From the NCBI GenBank assembly GCA_002441245.1, contig DJVP01000001.1:65215-129214 (forward strand): DNA of 64,000 nucleotides. The letters run 5' to 3'. Position 1 is the stretch's first letter. Each line of letters opens with the position of its first letter. Below are positions 1 to 9,015 of the stretch, in pieces. The notes below the pieces were generated by a model that was not told where the DNA came from, did not search any database, and saw only the letters and a program-made list of their open reading frames with translations. A program made the position numbers and the translations under genes. This DNA is from Candidatus Omnitrophica bacterium UBA6253 (GTDB lineage: Bacteria; Omnitrophota; Gorgyraeia; Gygaellales; Profunditerraquicolaceae).

Positions 1-45
1 TGACTCATAATCAATTGGTCCGGGGTTCGAGTCCCTGTGGGCCCA
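1..45 (+). tRNA. 3' portion of a tRNA with CAU anticodon (Met, fMet or Ile2), truncated by the window edge
   Basis: Anticodon loop CTCATAA, T-arm CGGGG/TTCGAGT/CCCTG, and 3' acceptor TGGGCCC plus discriminator A are visible. The 5' half lies outside the window. Confidence 0.5.
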
Positions 46-60
46 GTATAAGCTTTTTAT

Positions 61-134
61 GGGCGATTGGCTCAGTTGGTTAGAGCGCTACATTCACATT
101 GTAGATGTCAGAGGTTCGAGTCCTCTATCGCCCA
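61..134 (+). tRNA. tRNA-Val (anticodon CAC)
   Basis: Full cloverleaf. Acceptor GGGCGAT/ATCGCCC, D-arm GCTC..GAGC, anticodon stem CTACA/TGTAG with loop TTCACAT, T-loop TTCGAGT. Confidence 0.8.
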
Positions 135-170
135 AGTTTGATTGTAATGTTTTGTCTGTTTTAGTTAAGT

Positions 171-905
171 ATGACAGGAGGTAATTTGGCTACGGTGGAT
201 CTAAAGGCACAGATTATTGGTTTAGTAAAGCTGCAGGAACTAGACAGCCAGATATATGCCTTAAGAAACGAAAAAGAAACCAAGCCTTTAGAAATAAAGG
301 CCATGGAGGAATCTTTTGAAGCCAAAAAGCAGGGTTTACTGCTTCTTGAAAAGGAGTCTTTGGAACTTCAAAAACAGCGTAAAGATAAGGAACTTGAGCT
401 TGCGACTAACTCTGAAGCGGTAAAAAAATTGCAAAGTCAGCTCTATTCTTTAAAAACCAACAAAGAATTTCAGACTATGTTGCAGCAGATTGCCGATGCC
501 AAAGCTGATGGTTCGCTGATTGAAGAGAAGATCCTTATATCGTTTGAGGATTCGGATAAAATAAAAGCGCGGATTGATCAGGAAAATCTTAAACTAAAAG
601 CGGATGAGAAGGTTTTTCTGGAACAGAAGAAAAATGTAGAGTTGCGTATAAAAGAAATTGACGACCAATTGAATCAGCTGCAGGCACAAAGAAAACAAAT
701 CACCCCGGGAATCGATCAAAAGATGCTGGCTGAGTATGAAAGAATACTTTCCAGCCGTGATGGTTTGGCGATAGTGACGGTTGTAGATAATTCCTGCGGC
801 GGTTGCCATATGCTAGTGCCTCCCCAGGTAATTAATCTGATTAAAATGTATGAACATATTGTTACCTGTGAAGTTTGTAACCGTATTTTTTACATCGCGG
901 AATGA
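171..905 (+). CDS. COG1579-type zinc-ribbon protein: long coiled-coil followed by a C-terminal C4 zinc ribbon
   Basis: 244-aa ORF. N-terminal heptad-rich region with many K/E/L/Q residues. C-terminal CGGCH...CEVC ribbon. An AGGAGG site at 176-181 could also support a TTG start at 186. Confidence 0.6.
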   Translation: MTGGNLATVDLKAQIIGLVKLQELDSQIYALRNEKETKPLEIKAMEESFEAKKQGLLLLEKESLELQKQRKDKELELATNSEAVKKLQSQLYSLKTNKEFQTMLQQIADAKADGSLIEEKILISFEDSDKIKARIDQENLKLKADEKVFLEQKKNVELRIKEIDDQLNQLQAQRKQITPGIDQKMLAEYERILSSRDGLAIVTVVDNSCGGCHMLVPPQVINLIKMYEHIVTCEVCNRIFYIAE

Positions 906-1318
906 GCTGTTTAGAGATTTATATCGATGGCGCCTCAAAAGGTAATCCTGGACACAGCGGTGTCGGTATTGTAATCTATCAAGATGGCCAGTTGCTAAAA
1001 CAAATTTCTAGTTATATCGGTAAGGCCACGAATAATATAGCCGAATACACTGCGCTCATATACGCGCTTGAAGAGGCCTTGTTATTAAAGGCCAGGAATT
1101 TAAGAATCAATACGGATAGCCAGCTCCTTGCCAGGCAGATAAACAGGGTTTATAAGGTTAAACATGAAGGGCTTATAACCTTATATGGAAGGGCTGTGCA
1201 TCTTTTGAGTGGTTTTGAAAATGTGCTGGTTAATTATATCCCAAGGGAAAAGAATGCCTGCGCGGATAAATTGGCTACAAGGGCAATCAAGGAAACATTA
1301 AAAAATAGTCTTTTTTAG
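902..1318 (+). CDS. rnhA: Ribonuclease HI family protein (RNase H-like)
   Basis: 138 aa. Begins IYIDGASKGNPGHSGVGIV and continues with NNIAEYTALIYALEEA and a downstream D in the NTDSQLL region, which together form the RNase H catalytic DEDD pattern. Overlaps the upstream stop codon. Confidence 0.7.
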   Translation: MSCLEIYIDGASKGNPGHSGVGIVIYQDGQLLKQISSYIGKATNNIAEYTALIYALEEALLLKARNLRINTDSQLLARQINRVYKVKHEGLITLYGRAVHLLSGFENVLVNYIPREKNACADKLATRAIKETLKNSLF

Positions 1319-1354
1319 TCCCTATTGGTAGGATTGGGATAAGTCTTTGATAAT

Positions 1355-1695
1355 GAACAGGCAGAGTGTGGCTGCCCTATGCAAGTAGGGAGGAAAGTCC
1401 GGGCTCCAGAGGATAACGCAACGGGTAACCCCCGTCCTTGTTGAATAAACATGCGGATTAGAGTCACAGAGACGAGTAGCAGCCTAAAGGCTAGCGAGGT
1501 GAAACGCGGCAATCTCTGCGTGGAGCAATGTAGAATAGGAGATGAGCGCTGATCCGGCGCGTTTCCCGCGTTTCGCGGGAGATAGTCTCGGGTAAACTGC
1601 TAAAGTTAGCGTGGTAACGCGCTGATTGAGAGGAATGGCCACTAATCGATGCGCAAATTCGCATCAAGACAGAACCCGGCTTATTCTGCCTGTTT
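1355..1695 (+). ncRNA. rnpB: RNase P RNA, bacterial type A
   Basis: Contains the universal P4 strands GGAGGAAAGTCCGGGCTCC (about 1389-1407) and ACAGAACCCGGCTTAT (about 1669-1684). P1 pairing is AACAGGCAGAG near 1356 with TCTGCCTGTT near 1685-1694. A GNRA-like GTAA loop lies in the P18 region. Confidence 0.85.
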
Positions 1696-1770
1696 ATTAT
1701 ATTTATTAAACTAAAGAGAAGGGGCCTGATTCGCTCAGGATCCTTCTGGATAAAAATTAAGGAGGAAATC

Positions 1771-2526
1771 ATGTCAGGTCATTCGAAATGGAAGACGAAT
1801 AAAGGTAAGAAAGGCATAGCCGATGCCAAGAGAGGGGCAACTTTTACTAAAATTATTAAAGAGCTTGTTGTGGTAGCAAGGGATGGCGGAGGTAATCCCG
1901 ATACTAATCCTCGCCTGCGCGCAATAATGCAGAAGGCTAAAGAAGCAAATATGCCTTCGGATAACGTGAAGATGGCTATTAAGCGGGGTACCGGTGAGCT
2001 TCCCGGAGTAGTTTATGAGGCGGTAATGTATGAAGCTTATGGCCCGGGAGGGGTGGCGATTTTAGTAGATTCACTTACTGATAATAAAAATCGTTCTACT
2101 GCCGAGTTGCGTAATATTATGTCTAAAAGAGGCGGAAATATGGCCGGTGCTGGTTCAGTAAGCTGGATGTTTACTCAAAAAGGCTATATCTCAGTGGCTA
2201 AAGATAAAATCAAGGAAGATGAGCTTATGAATATCGTCCTGGATGCCGGGGCGGAAGATATGAAGCATGAAGATGATGTCTATGAGATTTTTACTTCTGT
2301 CCAGGATTTAGAAAAGGTCAAACAGGCGCTTCAGGATAAGGGGATTAAATGGGAGGATGCTGAATTAACCATGATACCCTCTTCTACGGTTAAGGTAACA
2401 GGGAATGAGGCAAAGCAGGTTTTGGCTTTAGTAGAGTCTTTGGAAGAACATGATGATGTACAGCAGGTCTATGCTAACTTTGATATACCGGATGATATTT
2501 TAAATGAGGTTGCTTCTGAAGAATGA
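1771..2526 (+). CDS. yebC: YebC/PmpR family probable transcriptional regulator
   Basis: 251 aa. N-terminus MSGHSKWKTNKGKKGIADAKRG is the YebC family hallmark. A GGAGG RBS lies upstream. Confidence 0.9.
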   Translation: MSGHSKWKTNKGKKGIADAKRGATFTKIIKELVVVARDGGGNPDTNPRLRAIMQKAKEANMPSDNVKMAIKRGTGELPGVVYEAVMYEAYGPGGVAILVDSLTDNKNRSTAELRNIMSKRGGNMAGAGSVSWMFTQKGYISVAKDKIKEDELMNIVLDAGAEDMKHEDDVYEIFTSVQDLEKVKQALQDKGIKWEDAELTMIPSSTVKVTGNEAKQVLALVESLEEHDDVQQVYANFDIPDDILNEVASEE

Positions 2527-3005
2527 TCATCTTAGGGGTTGATCCTGCTTTAGCTATCACTGGTTATGGCGTTATCCAGATTAAAAAAGAGTGTTTGGTT
2601 TTACATGAAGCAGGAATAATCCAAACTTGGGCAAAAGAAGATACTTCAAAACGGTTAGATAGGATTTACCGCGGGGTTGTTAAATTAATTGATGATACAC
2701 ATCCGCATTGCTTGGTGCTTGAGAAAATATATTCACACTACCGCCACCCCACAACTTCTTATATTTTAGGTCAGGCAAGGGGAGTCATTTGCCTGGCGGC
2801 GGCTAGCAAGGGGATCCCGTTCTTTGAATATAGCGCTACACGCATAAAAAAAGCAATTGTAGGTAAAGGGTTGGCTTCTAAGGCCCAGGTTCAGAAAATG
2901 GTTGCCAATACCTTAGGTTTAAAAACCTTGCCGCGCTATATGGATGTTACCGACGCATTAGCTTTGGCTATAGCGCATAGTTATATTATTAAATCAAGAA
3001 TATGA
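2523..3005 (+). CDS. ruvC: Holliday junction resolvase RuvC
   Basis: 160 aa. MIILGVDPALAITGYGV N-terminus with the catalytic Asp. 4-nt ATGA overlap with yebC. Confidence 0.85.
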   Translation: MIILGVDPALAITGYGVIQIKKECLVLHEAGIIQTWAKEDTSKRLDRIYRGVVKLIDDTHPHCLVLEKIYSHYRHPTTSYILGQARGVICLAAASKGIPFFEYSATRIKKAIVGKGLASKAQVQKMVANTLGLKTLPRYMDVTDALALAIAHSYIIKSRI

Positions 3006-3625
3006 TTTCTAGGATCACGGGAAAAATTTCGACAAAAGGGGAAAATTACTTAGTCCTGGATTTAGGAGGGATAGGCTATGATATTTTTATCCCTGCTTGC
3101 GTTATGCAACGTATTGATGAGTCCTCTGGCGAAGATGGCAAAATTACTCTATTGACTTATCATTATTATCAGGTTGAGCAGTCCAAGAGCGTACCTATTC
3201 TAATCGGGTTCCTGAGCCAGGTTGAAAAGGATTTCTTTGAAGTTTTTATTACTGTTTCAGGTATTGGCCCGCGCGCTGCGTTGAAGGCCCTAAATAAACC
3301 GATTTCATTAATTGCCAGGGCAATAGATGAGGGGGATTTAGCCTTTCTTAAATCTCTTCCTGGTATAGGAGAACAGAGGGCAAAAGAGATCGTTGCCAAG
3401 CTGCAAAATAAAGTAGGTAAATTCGGCCTGATGAGGGACCGCGATATGCAGATAAAAGAGACGGCAAAAGGCATATCTGAAGAAGCCCTGGATGTCCTTT
3501 TGCAATTGGAATATAAAAGAACAGAAGCCTTGAGTATGATCAAGAAAGTCTTAGAATCAAATACCCGGATCAGTAGCACAGAAGAACTATTAAACCTTGT
3601 TTACAAACAAAGGCGTTTAAAATAA
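3002..3625 (+). CDS. ruvA: Holliday junction branch-migration protein RuvA
   Basis: 207 aa. The MISRITGKI... OB domain, HhH motifs (GIGPRAALKAL, LPGIGEQRAKEIV) and a C-terminal domain are all present. Confidence 0.85.
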   Translation: MISRITGKISTKGENYLVLDLGGIGYDIFIPACVMQRIDESSGEDGKITLLTYHYYQVEQSKSVPILIGFLSQVEKDFFEVFITVSGIGPRAALKALNKPISLIARAIDEGDLAFLKSLPGIGEQRAKEIVAKLQNKVGKFGLMRDRDMQIKETAKGISEEALDVLLQLEYKRTEALSMIKKVLESNTRISSTEELLNLVYKQRRLK

Positions 3626-3628
3626 AAG

Positions 3629-4258
3629 ATGGAAGAGACTAATTTAAAATCGGCCATAGAAGCTTTAATTTTTGCATCGGATAAACCCGCGACTATTGAG
3701 CAGATAAAGAAGGTCTTGGGTATTCCGGAAACAGCTGTCGTGCGTAAAAGTATTGATGAGCTAAAAGACGAGTATGAAAAACAGAACCGCGGCCTGCGTA
3801 TAGTTGAGATCGCCGGAGGGTACCAGATGATTACTGCTGCTGTCTTTGCACCATTTTTAAAGAAACTTTTTAAATACCGTTACAGTGATAAGTTATCTAA
3901 GCCAGCCCTTGAAAGTTTGGCAATTATAGCCTATAAGCAGCCGCTAACCAGGGCTGAAATAGAATCTTTGAGGAATGTAAATGTTGACGGGGTTATGAAA
4001 AACCTGATGGATAAGAATTTAATCCGTATCTGCGGTAGAAAGAAAATTCCTGGCAGGCCGTTCGTCTTTGGGACTACCCGGCAGTTTTTAGAGCATTTTG
4101 GTCTAAAGTCCCTGGAGGAGCTTCCTAAAATGGATGATTTTACCGCTATGGCAAAAGAAATAGAAGAAAAAACTAATATAGAACCGTTACCTGAAATGGA
4201 GCCGCTCGGTTTAAATCCCAATGCCCCCCAAGGCGAAAGCACTAATCAGGAGGCTTAA
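3629..4258 (+). CDS. scpB: Segregation and condensation protein B (ScpB)
   Basis: 209 aa. SAIEALIFASDKPATIEQI winged-helix N-terminus typical of ScpB. Confidence 0.8.
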   Translation: MEETNLKSAIEALIFASDKPATIEQIKKVLGIPETAVVRKSIDELKDEYEKQNRGLRIVEIAGGYQMITAAVFAPFLKKLFKYRYSDKLSKPALESLAIIAYKQPLTRAEIESLRNVNVDGVMKNLMDKNLIRICGRKKIPGRPFVFGTTRQFLEHFGLKSLEELPKMDDFTAMAKEIEEKTNIEPLPEMEPLGLNPNAPQGESTNQEA

Positions 4259-5323
4259 ATGATGACTTTGGACAATATGCGTAATAAGATTGATATGCTT
4301 GACCGCAGGTTAATCAGCTTATTGAATTTGCGTGCTGAAATAACCAAAAAGATTGGCAAGGAGAAAATTAATACCGGTAAGAATATTTATTCGCCTGAAA
4401 GAGAGATGCAGGTTTTGCGAAAAGTTGCCTGTTTAAATAAGGGGCCCTTAAAAAAAGGCGCGCTTGAGGCAATATACCGGGAGATTATGTCTGCAAGCCT
4501 TGCTTTAGAAAAGCTTTTAAAAGTTGCCTATTTGGGTCCGCAGGCGTCTTTTAGCAACCTGGCGGCTTTAAAGAGATTTGGTTCGCAAATGAATTATGTT
4601 GCTTGCGGGAGCATCCCTGAGGTATTCCTGGAGGTGGAAAGGGGTGCTGCGGATTACGGGGTTGTCCCTGTGGAAAATTCCATTGAAGGAGCTGTGACGC
4701 ATACTTTGGATATGCTGGTAGATTCGGAACTGAAGATTTGTTCACAGGTGATTTTAAATGTTTCACATAATTTGTTAGCAAATTGTGTTAAGAATAAAAT
4801 TCGTAAGATTTATTCTAATCCCCAGGTTTTCGGCCAATGCCGCATCTGGCTGCAAAAGAATTTGCCTAATCTCGAATTAGCGGATGTATCCAGCACCACC
4901 CGGGCGGCTGAGTTGGCAAGGAAAGAAAAAAATAGCGCGGCCATTGCTTCCCTTTTGGCCTCTAAAGTCTATGGCTTAAAAGTTATAGCTTCAGGCATTC
5001 AGGACTCTTTGCAAAATATCACGCGTTTCCTGGTAGTCGGTAAGAATGTAGCTTCCCGTACCGGCTGCGATAAGACGTCGTTACTTTTTTCAATCAAAGA
5101 CCATGTAGGCGCTCTGTACGAGATGCTTCTGCCTTTTCGTAAATACGGAGTTAACCTTACAAAAATTGAATCCCGGCCTTCAAAAAAGAAGGCATGGGAA
5201 TATTATTTCTTTGTTGATATCTCCGGGCATCAAGACGATCTTAAGATCAAAAAGGCTTTAAGCGAATTAGAGCGCAGGTGTACATATTTAAAAATATTAG
5301 GTTCTTATCCTATAGGAGAATAA
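4259..5323 (+). CDS. pheA: Bifunctional chorismate mutase / prephenate dehydratase (P-protein) with a C-terminal ACT domain
   Basis: 354 aa. N-terminal AroQ chorismate mutase helix (LDRRLISLLNLRAEITKKIG). The PDT domain carries the TRF motif (NITRFLVVG). A C-terminal ACT domain follows. Confidence 0.85.
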   Translation: MMTLDNMRNKIDMLDRRLISLLNLRAEITKKIGKEKINTGKNIYSPEREMQVLRKVACLNKGPLKKGALEAIYREIMSASLALEKLLKVAYLGPQASFSNLAALKRFGSQMNYVACGSIPEVFLEVERGAADYGVVPVENSIEGAVTHTLDMLVDSELKICSQVILNVSHNLLANCVKNKIRKIYSNPQVFGQCRIWLQKNLPNLELADVSSTTRAAELARKEKNSAAIASLLASKVYGLKVIASGIQDSLQNITRFLVVGKNVASRTGCDKTSLLFSIKDHVGALYEMLLPFRKYGVNLTKIESRPSKKKAWEYYFFVDISGHQDDLKIKKALSELERRCTYLKILGSYPIGE

Positions 5324-5328
5324 TTAAA

Positions 5329-6426
5329 GTGAAGGAATTAGTTCGTAGCAGTGTTTTAAATGTAAAGCCTTATGTTGCGGGAAAACCCATAGAAGAAACT
5401 AAACGCCAGCTGGGGTTAAATGAGGTTATTAAGCTGGCTTCTAATGAAAATCCGTTTGGCCCTTCTCCTAAAGCCGCCAGCGCAATAAAGAAATGCCTAT
5501 CCGGGATTAACCGTTATCCGGATTCTCAAGGGTTTTATTTAAAGAAACGTCTGGCTAGGTATTTTTCCCTTGAGCCTGAGAATTTTATTCTTGGAAATGG
5601 CTCTGATGAGCTTATCGATATAGTGATTAAAACCTTTGTGGAGCCGGATGAAAATATTGTTACTTCTGATGCTACATTCTTGGAGTATGAGATTATCGCA
5701 CAGGTTAATGACCGTAAAATTAAGAAAGCCCCGTTACGTTATTTCAAATATGATTTAGGCGCGATGATAAAATTGGTGGATAAGAAAACAAAACTTATCT
5801 TTATTGCTAATCCCAATAATCCAACCGGAACCTATGTAACTAAATACGAAGTTGCTGATTTCCTAAATGCCTTGCCTGAATCAGTTGTGGTTATCTTTGA
5901 TGAAGCATATGACGCTTTTATTGATGTAGATGATTACCCTGATTCGGTAGGTTATCTGAGGAGGAAAAAGAAGATTATTGTCCTTAAGACTTTTTCTAAG
6001 TCTTACGGTTTGGCAGGGTTGCGTTTGGGGTATGCTATTGCCGAGCGTGAACTTGTTTCTTATATGGAAAGAGTTAGGCAGCCGTTTAACGTTAACATGC
6101 TGGCACAGGCAGGGGGATTAGCTGCTCTAGATGATAAAGATTTTCTTAAGAAAACGCGTCGGTTGGTTCTAGAGGGTAAAGATTTCATTTATCAAGAACT
6201 ATCCAAGATGGGGTTGGGTTTCTTGTCCTCAGTGGCGAATTTTGTTTTGGTTGATACAGGAAAAGACGGCTTGGAAGTTTTCAAGGCTATGCTTAAATTC
6301 GGAGTGATTGTCCGCGACATGAAGCAATATGGTTTAAAGAATTTTATTCGCGTAACTATTGGTTCTCAAAAAGAAAACGAAAGATTCATCCGGGTTTTAA
6401 GAAAGGTGCTAACTTCCCGCGCTTAG
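5329..6426 (+). CDS. hisC: Histidinol-phosphate / aromatic aminotransferase (class II PLP aminotransferase, HisC family)
   Basis: The ASNENPFGPSP and NPNNPTG motifs are present, and the PLP lysine sits in FSKSYGLAGLRLGY. I chose the GTG start at 5329 because a GGAGA RBS lies 9 nt upstream. It is in the same frame as the longer ORF from 5278, which overlaps pheA. Confidence 0.8.
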   Translation: MKELVRSSVLNVKPYVAGKPIEETKRQLGLNEVIKLASNENPFGPSPKAASAIKKCLSGINRYPDSQGFYLKKRLARYFSLEPENFILGNGSDELIDIVIKTFVEPDENIVTSDATFLEYEIIAQVNDRKIKKAPLRYFKYDLGAMIKLVDKKTKLIFIANPNNPTGTYVTKYEVADFLNALPESVVVIFDEAYDAFIDVDDYPDSVGYLRRKKKIIVLKTFSKSYGLAGLRLGYAIAERELVSYMERVRQPFNVNMLAQAGGLAALDDKDFLKKTRRLVLEGKDFIYQELSKMGLGFLSSVANFVLVDTGKDGLEVFKAMLKFGVIVRDMKQYGLKNFIRVTIGSQKENERFIRVLRKVLTSRA

Positions 6427-6518
6427 CGAGGCACCTGGTCCAGATAAGAATTGGGCCAGTGTTCGCCTGGTGGCGAAATTTGCACGGGGTGTGCCTTTAT
6501 GAGTAAGGAGATTAATCA

Positions 6519-7538
6519 ATGATTATTGTTTTAAGGCCGGAAGCTACCGAGGCAGAGGTTGTACATATTATTGATAAGGTAAAGGCTTTAGGTTTGACCC
6601 CTCATGTTTCTAAAGGGGCTGAGAGGACGATTATCGGGGTTATCGGGCCCGAAGATGTGCTGCGCGTTACGCCTTTGGAGGTTTTTCCCGGGGTTGAAAA
6701 GGTTATCCCCGTACTTTCCCCCTTTCGTTTAGTTTCACGTGAGTTTAAAAAAGAGGATTCAGTAATTGAGCTTGGCAAGGGGGTAAAGATCGGCGGCAAG
6801 GCTTTAGTGGTTATGGCTGGGCCATGTTCAATTGAGAATATCGACCGTTTGCTTGAAATCGGCAGGCAGGTAAAGAAAGCTGGCGCCAGTGTACTACGCG
6901 GCGGGGCCTTTAAACCCAGGACCTCTCCTTATAGTTTTCAAGGATTAGGCAAGACAGGATTAGAGATGCTTAAGGATGTAGGTGATGATTTGGGTTTGGT
7001 TACAGTAAGCGAAGTAATGGATTGCCGTGATGTAGAATTGGTTGCTAATTATGTAGATATTCTACAAATTGGGTGTCGTAATATGCAAAATTTCAATCTT
7101 TTAAAAGAGGTAGGCGCTACTAAGAAACCGGTGCTTTTAAAACGCGGGATGGCTTCTACTGTTAAAGATATGCTTATGTCTGCCGAATATATCTTAAGCG
7201 AGGGGAATTTTTCTGTAATTCTTTGCGAACGGGGCATACGTACTTTCGAGGATTCTACACGTAATACCCTGGATATAAGCGCGGTTCCGGTTACCAAGCA
7301 GTTGTCTCATTTGCCGATTATTGTTGATCCATCTCATGCTGCGGGTAAATGGGGATTGGTTGCCGCTTTAGCTAAAGCAGGGGTGGCCGCCGGTTGCGAT
7401 GGCTTGATTATTGAAGTGCATAATCGTCCTGAAGAGGCTGTTTCTGACGGCGAGCAATCGCTTATTCCGGAAAAATTCTCCAGCCTTATGGGTGAGCTTA
7501 AGGGGGTTGCTAATTCTATAGGTAGAGGGATCTTATGA
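6519..7538 (+). CDS. aroF: 3-deoxy-7-phosphoheptulonate (DAHP) synthase, class I-beta, with an N-terminal ferredoxin-like regulatory domain (Thermotoga type)
   Basis: 339 aa. An N-terminal regulatory domain of about 70 aa is followed by a DAHPS/KDO8PS-type TIM barrel (LVVMAGPCSIEN, KPRTSPYSFQG, IVDPSHA). Confidence 0.8.
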   Translation: MIIVLRPEATEAEVVHIIDKVKALGLTPHVSKGAERTIIGVIGPEDVLRVTPLEVFPGVEKVIPVLSPFRLVSREFKKEDSVIELGKGVKIGGKALVVMAGPCSIENIDRLLEIGRQVKKAGASVLRGGAFKPRTSPYSFQGLGKTGLEMLKDVGDDLGLVTVSEVMDCRDVELVANYVDILQIGCRNMQNFNLLKEVGATKKPVLLKRGMASTVKDMLMSAEYILSEGNFSVILCERGIRTFEDSTRNTLDISAVPVTKQLSHLPIIVDPSHAAGKWGLVAALAKAGVAAGCDGLIIEVHNRPEEAVSDGEQSLIPEKFSSLMGELKGVANSIGRGIL

Positions 7539-8365
7539 AATTGTTTAACAAGGTTGTAATTATAGGAACGGGTTTGATCGGCGGTTCTTTAGGCCTGGCC
7601 TTGAAGAAAAATAATTTAGTTTCTCAAGTTACTGGGTTAAGCCGGCATCGGAAGAATGTCAGGTTGGCTAAAAAGGCCGGAGCTATTGATTCTGCCTGTA
7701 CATCTTTGGATGCAGTAAAAGATGCGGATTTGGTAATATTGGCGACGCCAGTGGAGGCAATTATTGAGATTGCCTTTAAGATTGCGAAAAAGATAAAGAA
7801 AGATTGCATAGTTATAGATGTCGGCAGTACCAAGGAAGCAATCGTTTATAAAATAAGCAAGGTTATCCCAAATTTTCTTGGATGCCATCCTTTATCAGGT
7901 TCGGAAAAAAAGGGGATTATTAATCTTCAGGGTGGTATTTTTGCCGGTTCAATCTGCGTTGTTACTCCTACTATTAAAACCGGTAGGAAGGTTTTGAATA
8001 AGGTCAGCCTTCTTTGGCGCAGGCTGGGTTGTAAGGTGGTTGTTCTTTCTCCGGAAAGACATGATCAGATCTTAGCGTTTACCAGTCATTTGCCGCACGC
8101 CGTTGCCTTTTCTTTGATAGGCTGCATACCTGCGAAGTTTCTAAGATTAAGTTCCTCAGGCTTGAAGGATTCTACGCGGATTTCGGCTTCGGATGCTAAT
8201 CTTTGGAGTGAAGTGTTCTTAAGCAATCGCGGAAACCTCTTGGCTTGCCTATCTGTCTTCCAAACAAAGCTTGCCGTTTTAAAGCTTGCCTTAGAAAGAA
8301 AAAATAAGAAGTTTTTAACAAGTATTATTTTAGCCGCTAAGAAAAAAAGAGAGAAATTGGGATGA
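7535..8365 (+). CDS. tyrA: Prephenate/arogenate dehydrogenase
   Basis: 276 aa. Rossmann motif VVIIGTGLIGGSLG. TyrA family C-terminal domain. The gene sits inside the aromatic amino-acid gene block. Confidence 0.8.
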   Translation: MKLFNKVVIIGTGLIGGSLGLALKKNNLVSQVTGLSRHRKNVRLAKKAGAIDSACTSLDAVKDADLVILATPVEAIIEIAFKIAKKIKKDCIVIDVGSTKEAIVYKISKVIPNFLGCHPLSGSEKKGIINLQGGIFAGSICVVTPTIKTGRKVLNKVSLLWRRLGCKVVVLSPERHDQILAFTSHLPHAVAFSLIGCIPAKFLRLSSSGLKDSTRISASDANLWSEVFLSNRGNLLACLSVFQTKLAVLKLALERKNKKFLTSIILAAKKKREKLG

Positions 8366-9015
8366 TTGTTGCTATTGATGGTCCAGCCGGAGCAGGGAAA
8401 AGCACGGTAGCTAAGATTTTAGCTAAAAGATTGGGCTTTCTTTATATAGATACCGGAGCGATGTACAGGGCCCTGACCTTGAAGGCCCTGGAAAATAATA
8501 TTGATATTGGTGATGAGCGCAAGATTAACGAGCTGGCTTTAAAGACATGTATAGATTTGCGTAATAATTCGGATGGGTCATTAAGTATTATTCTTGATGG
8601 CAGGGATGTATCTTTAGATATACGCCGTCCGCGGATTACGCAGTACGTTTCTGATGTTTCTAAAATTAAAGGCGTGAGGTCAGTATTGGTAAAAATGCAA
8701 AGGGAGCTTGGGCAGAAGGGGAATTGTGTTCTAGAAGGAAGGGATATCGGTACAGTGGTTTTCCCTGATGCTGAAAAAAAATTCTTTATTGATGCATCCG
8801 CAGAGGTTCGGGTGAGCAGGCGTTTTAAAGAATTAAAAGGATTAAACCAAAATGTCGCAGAGGATGATGTTGCCAAGGATTTGTCCAACCGGGATAAGAT
8901 TGATTCTACCCGGGAGGTTTCTCCTTTGCGCAAGGCAGATGATGCAATTTATATTGATACAACAAAACTTTCCATAGAAGGGGTTGTGGATAAGATGCTG
9001 GGTTATGTAAAATAA
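8362..9015 (+). CDS. cmk: Cytidylate kinase
   Basis: 217 aa. P-loop IVAIDGPAGAGKST followed by IDTGAMYRA. Confidence 0.9.
   Translation: MIVAIDGPAGAGKSTVAKILAKRLGFLYIDTGAMYRALTLKALENNIDIGDERKINELALKTCIDLRNNSDGSLSIILDGRDVSLDIRRPRITQYVSDVSKIKGVRSVLVKMQRELGQKGNCVLEGRDIGTVVFPDAEKKFFIDASAEVRVSRRFKELKGLNQNVAEDDVAKDLSNRDKIDSTREVSPLRKADDAIYIDTTKLSIEGVVDKMLGYVK

Noticed and set aside
1315-1772. Two overlapping minus-strand ORFs (65 and 93 aa) from the six-frame track.
   Set aside because: They lie antisense across the RNase P RNA gene, whose conserved P4 motifs are unmistakable on the + strand. No RBS is present. They are artefacts.
5278-5328. A longer hisC ORF starting at ATG 5278.
   Set aside because: It would overlap pheA by 46 nt and add a non-conserved N-terminus. 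The GTG at 5329 has a GGAGA RBS at ideal spacing and begins at the conserved aminotransferase N-terminus.
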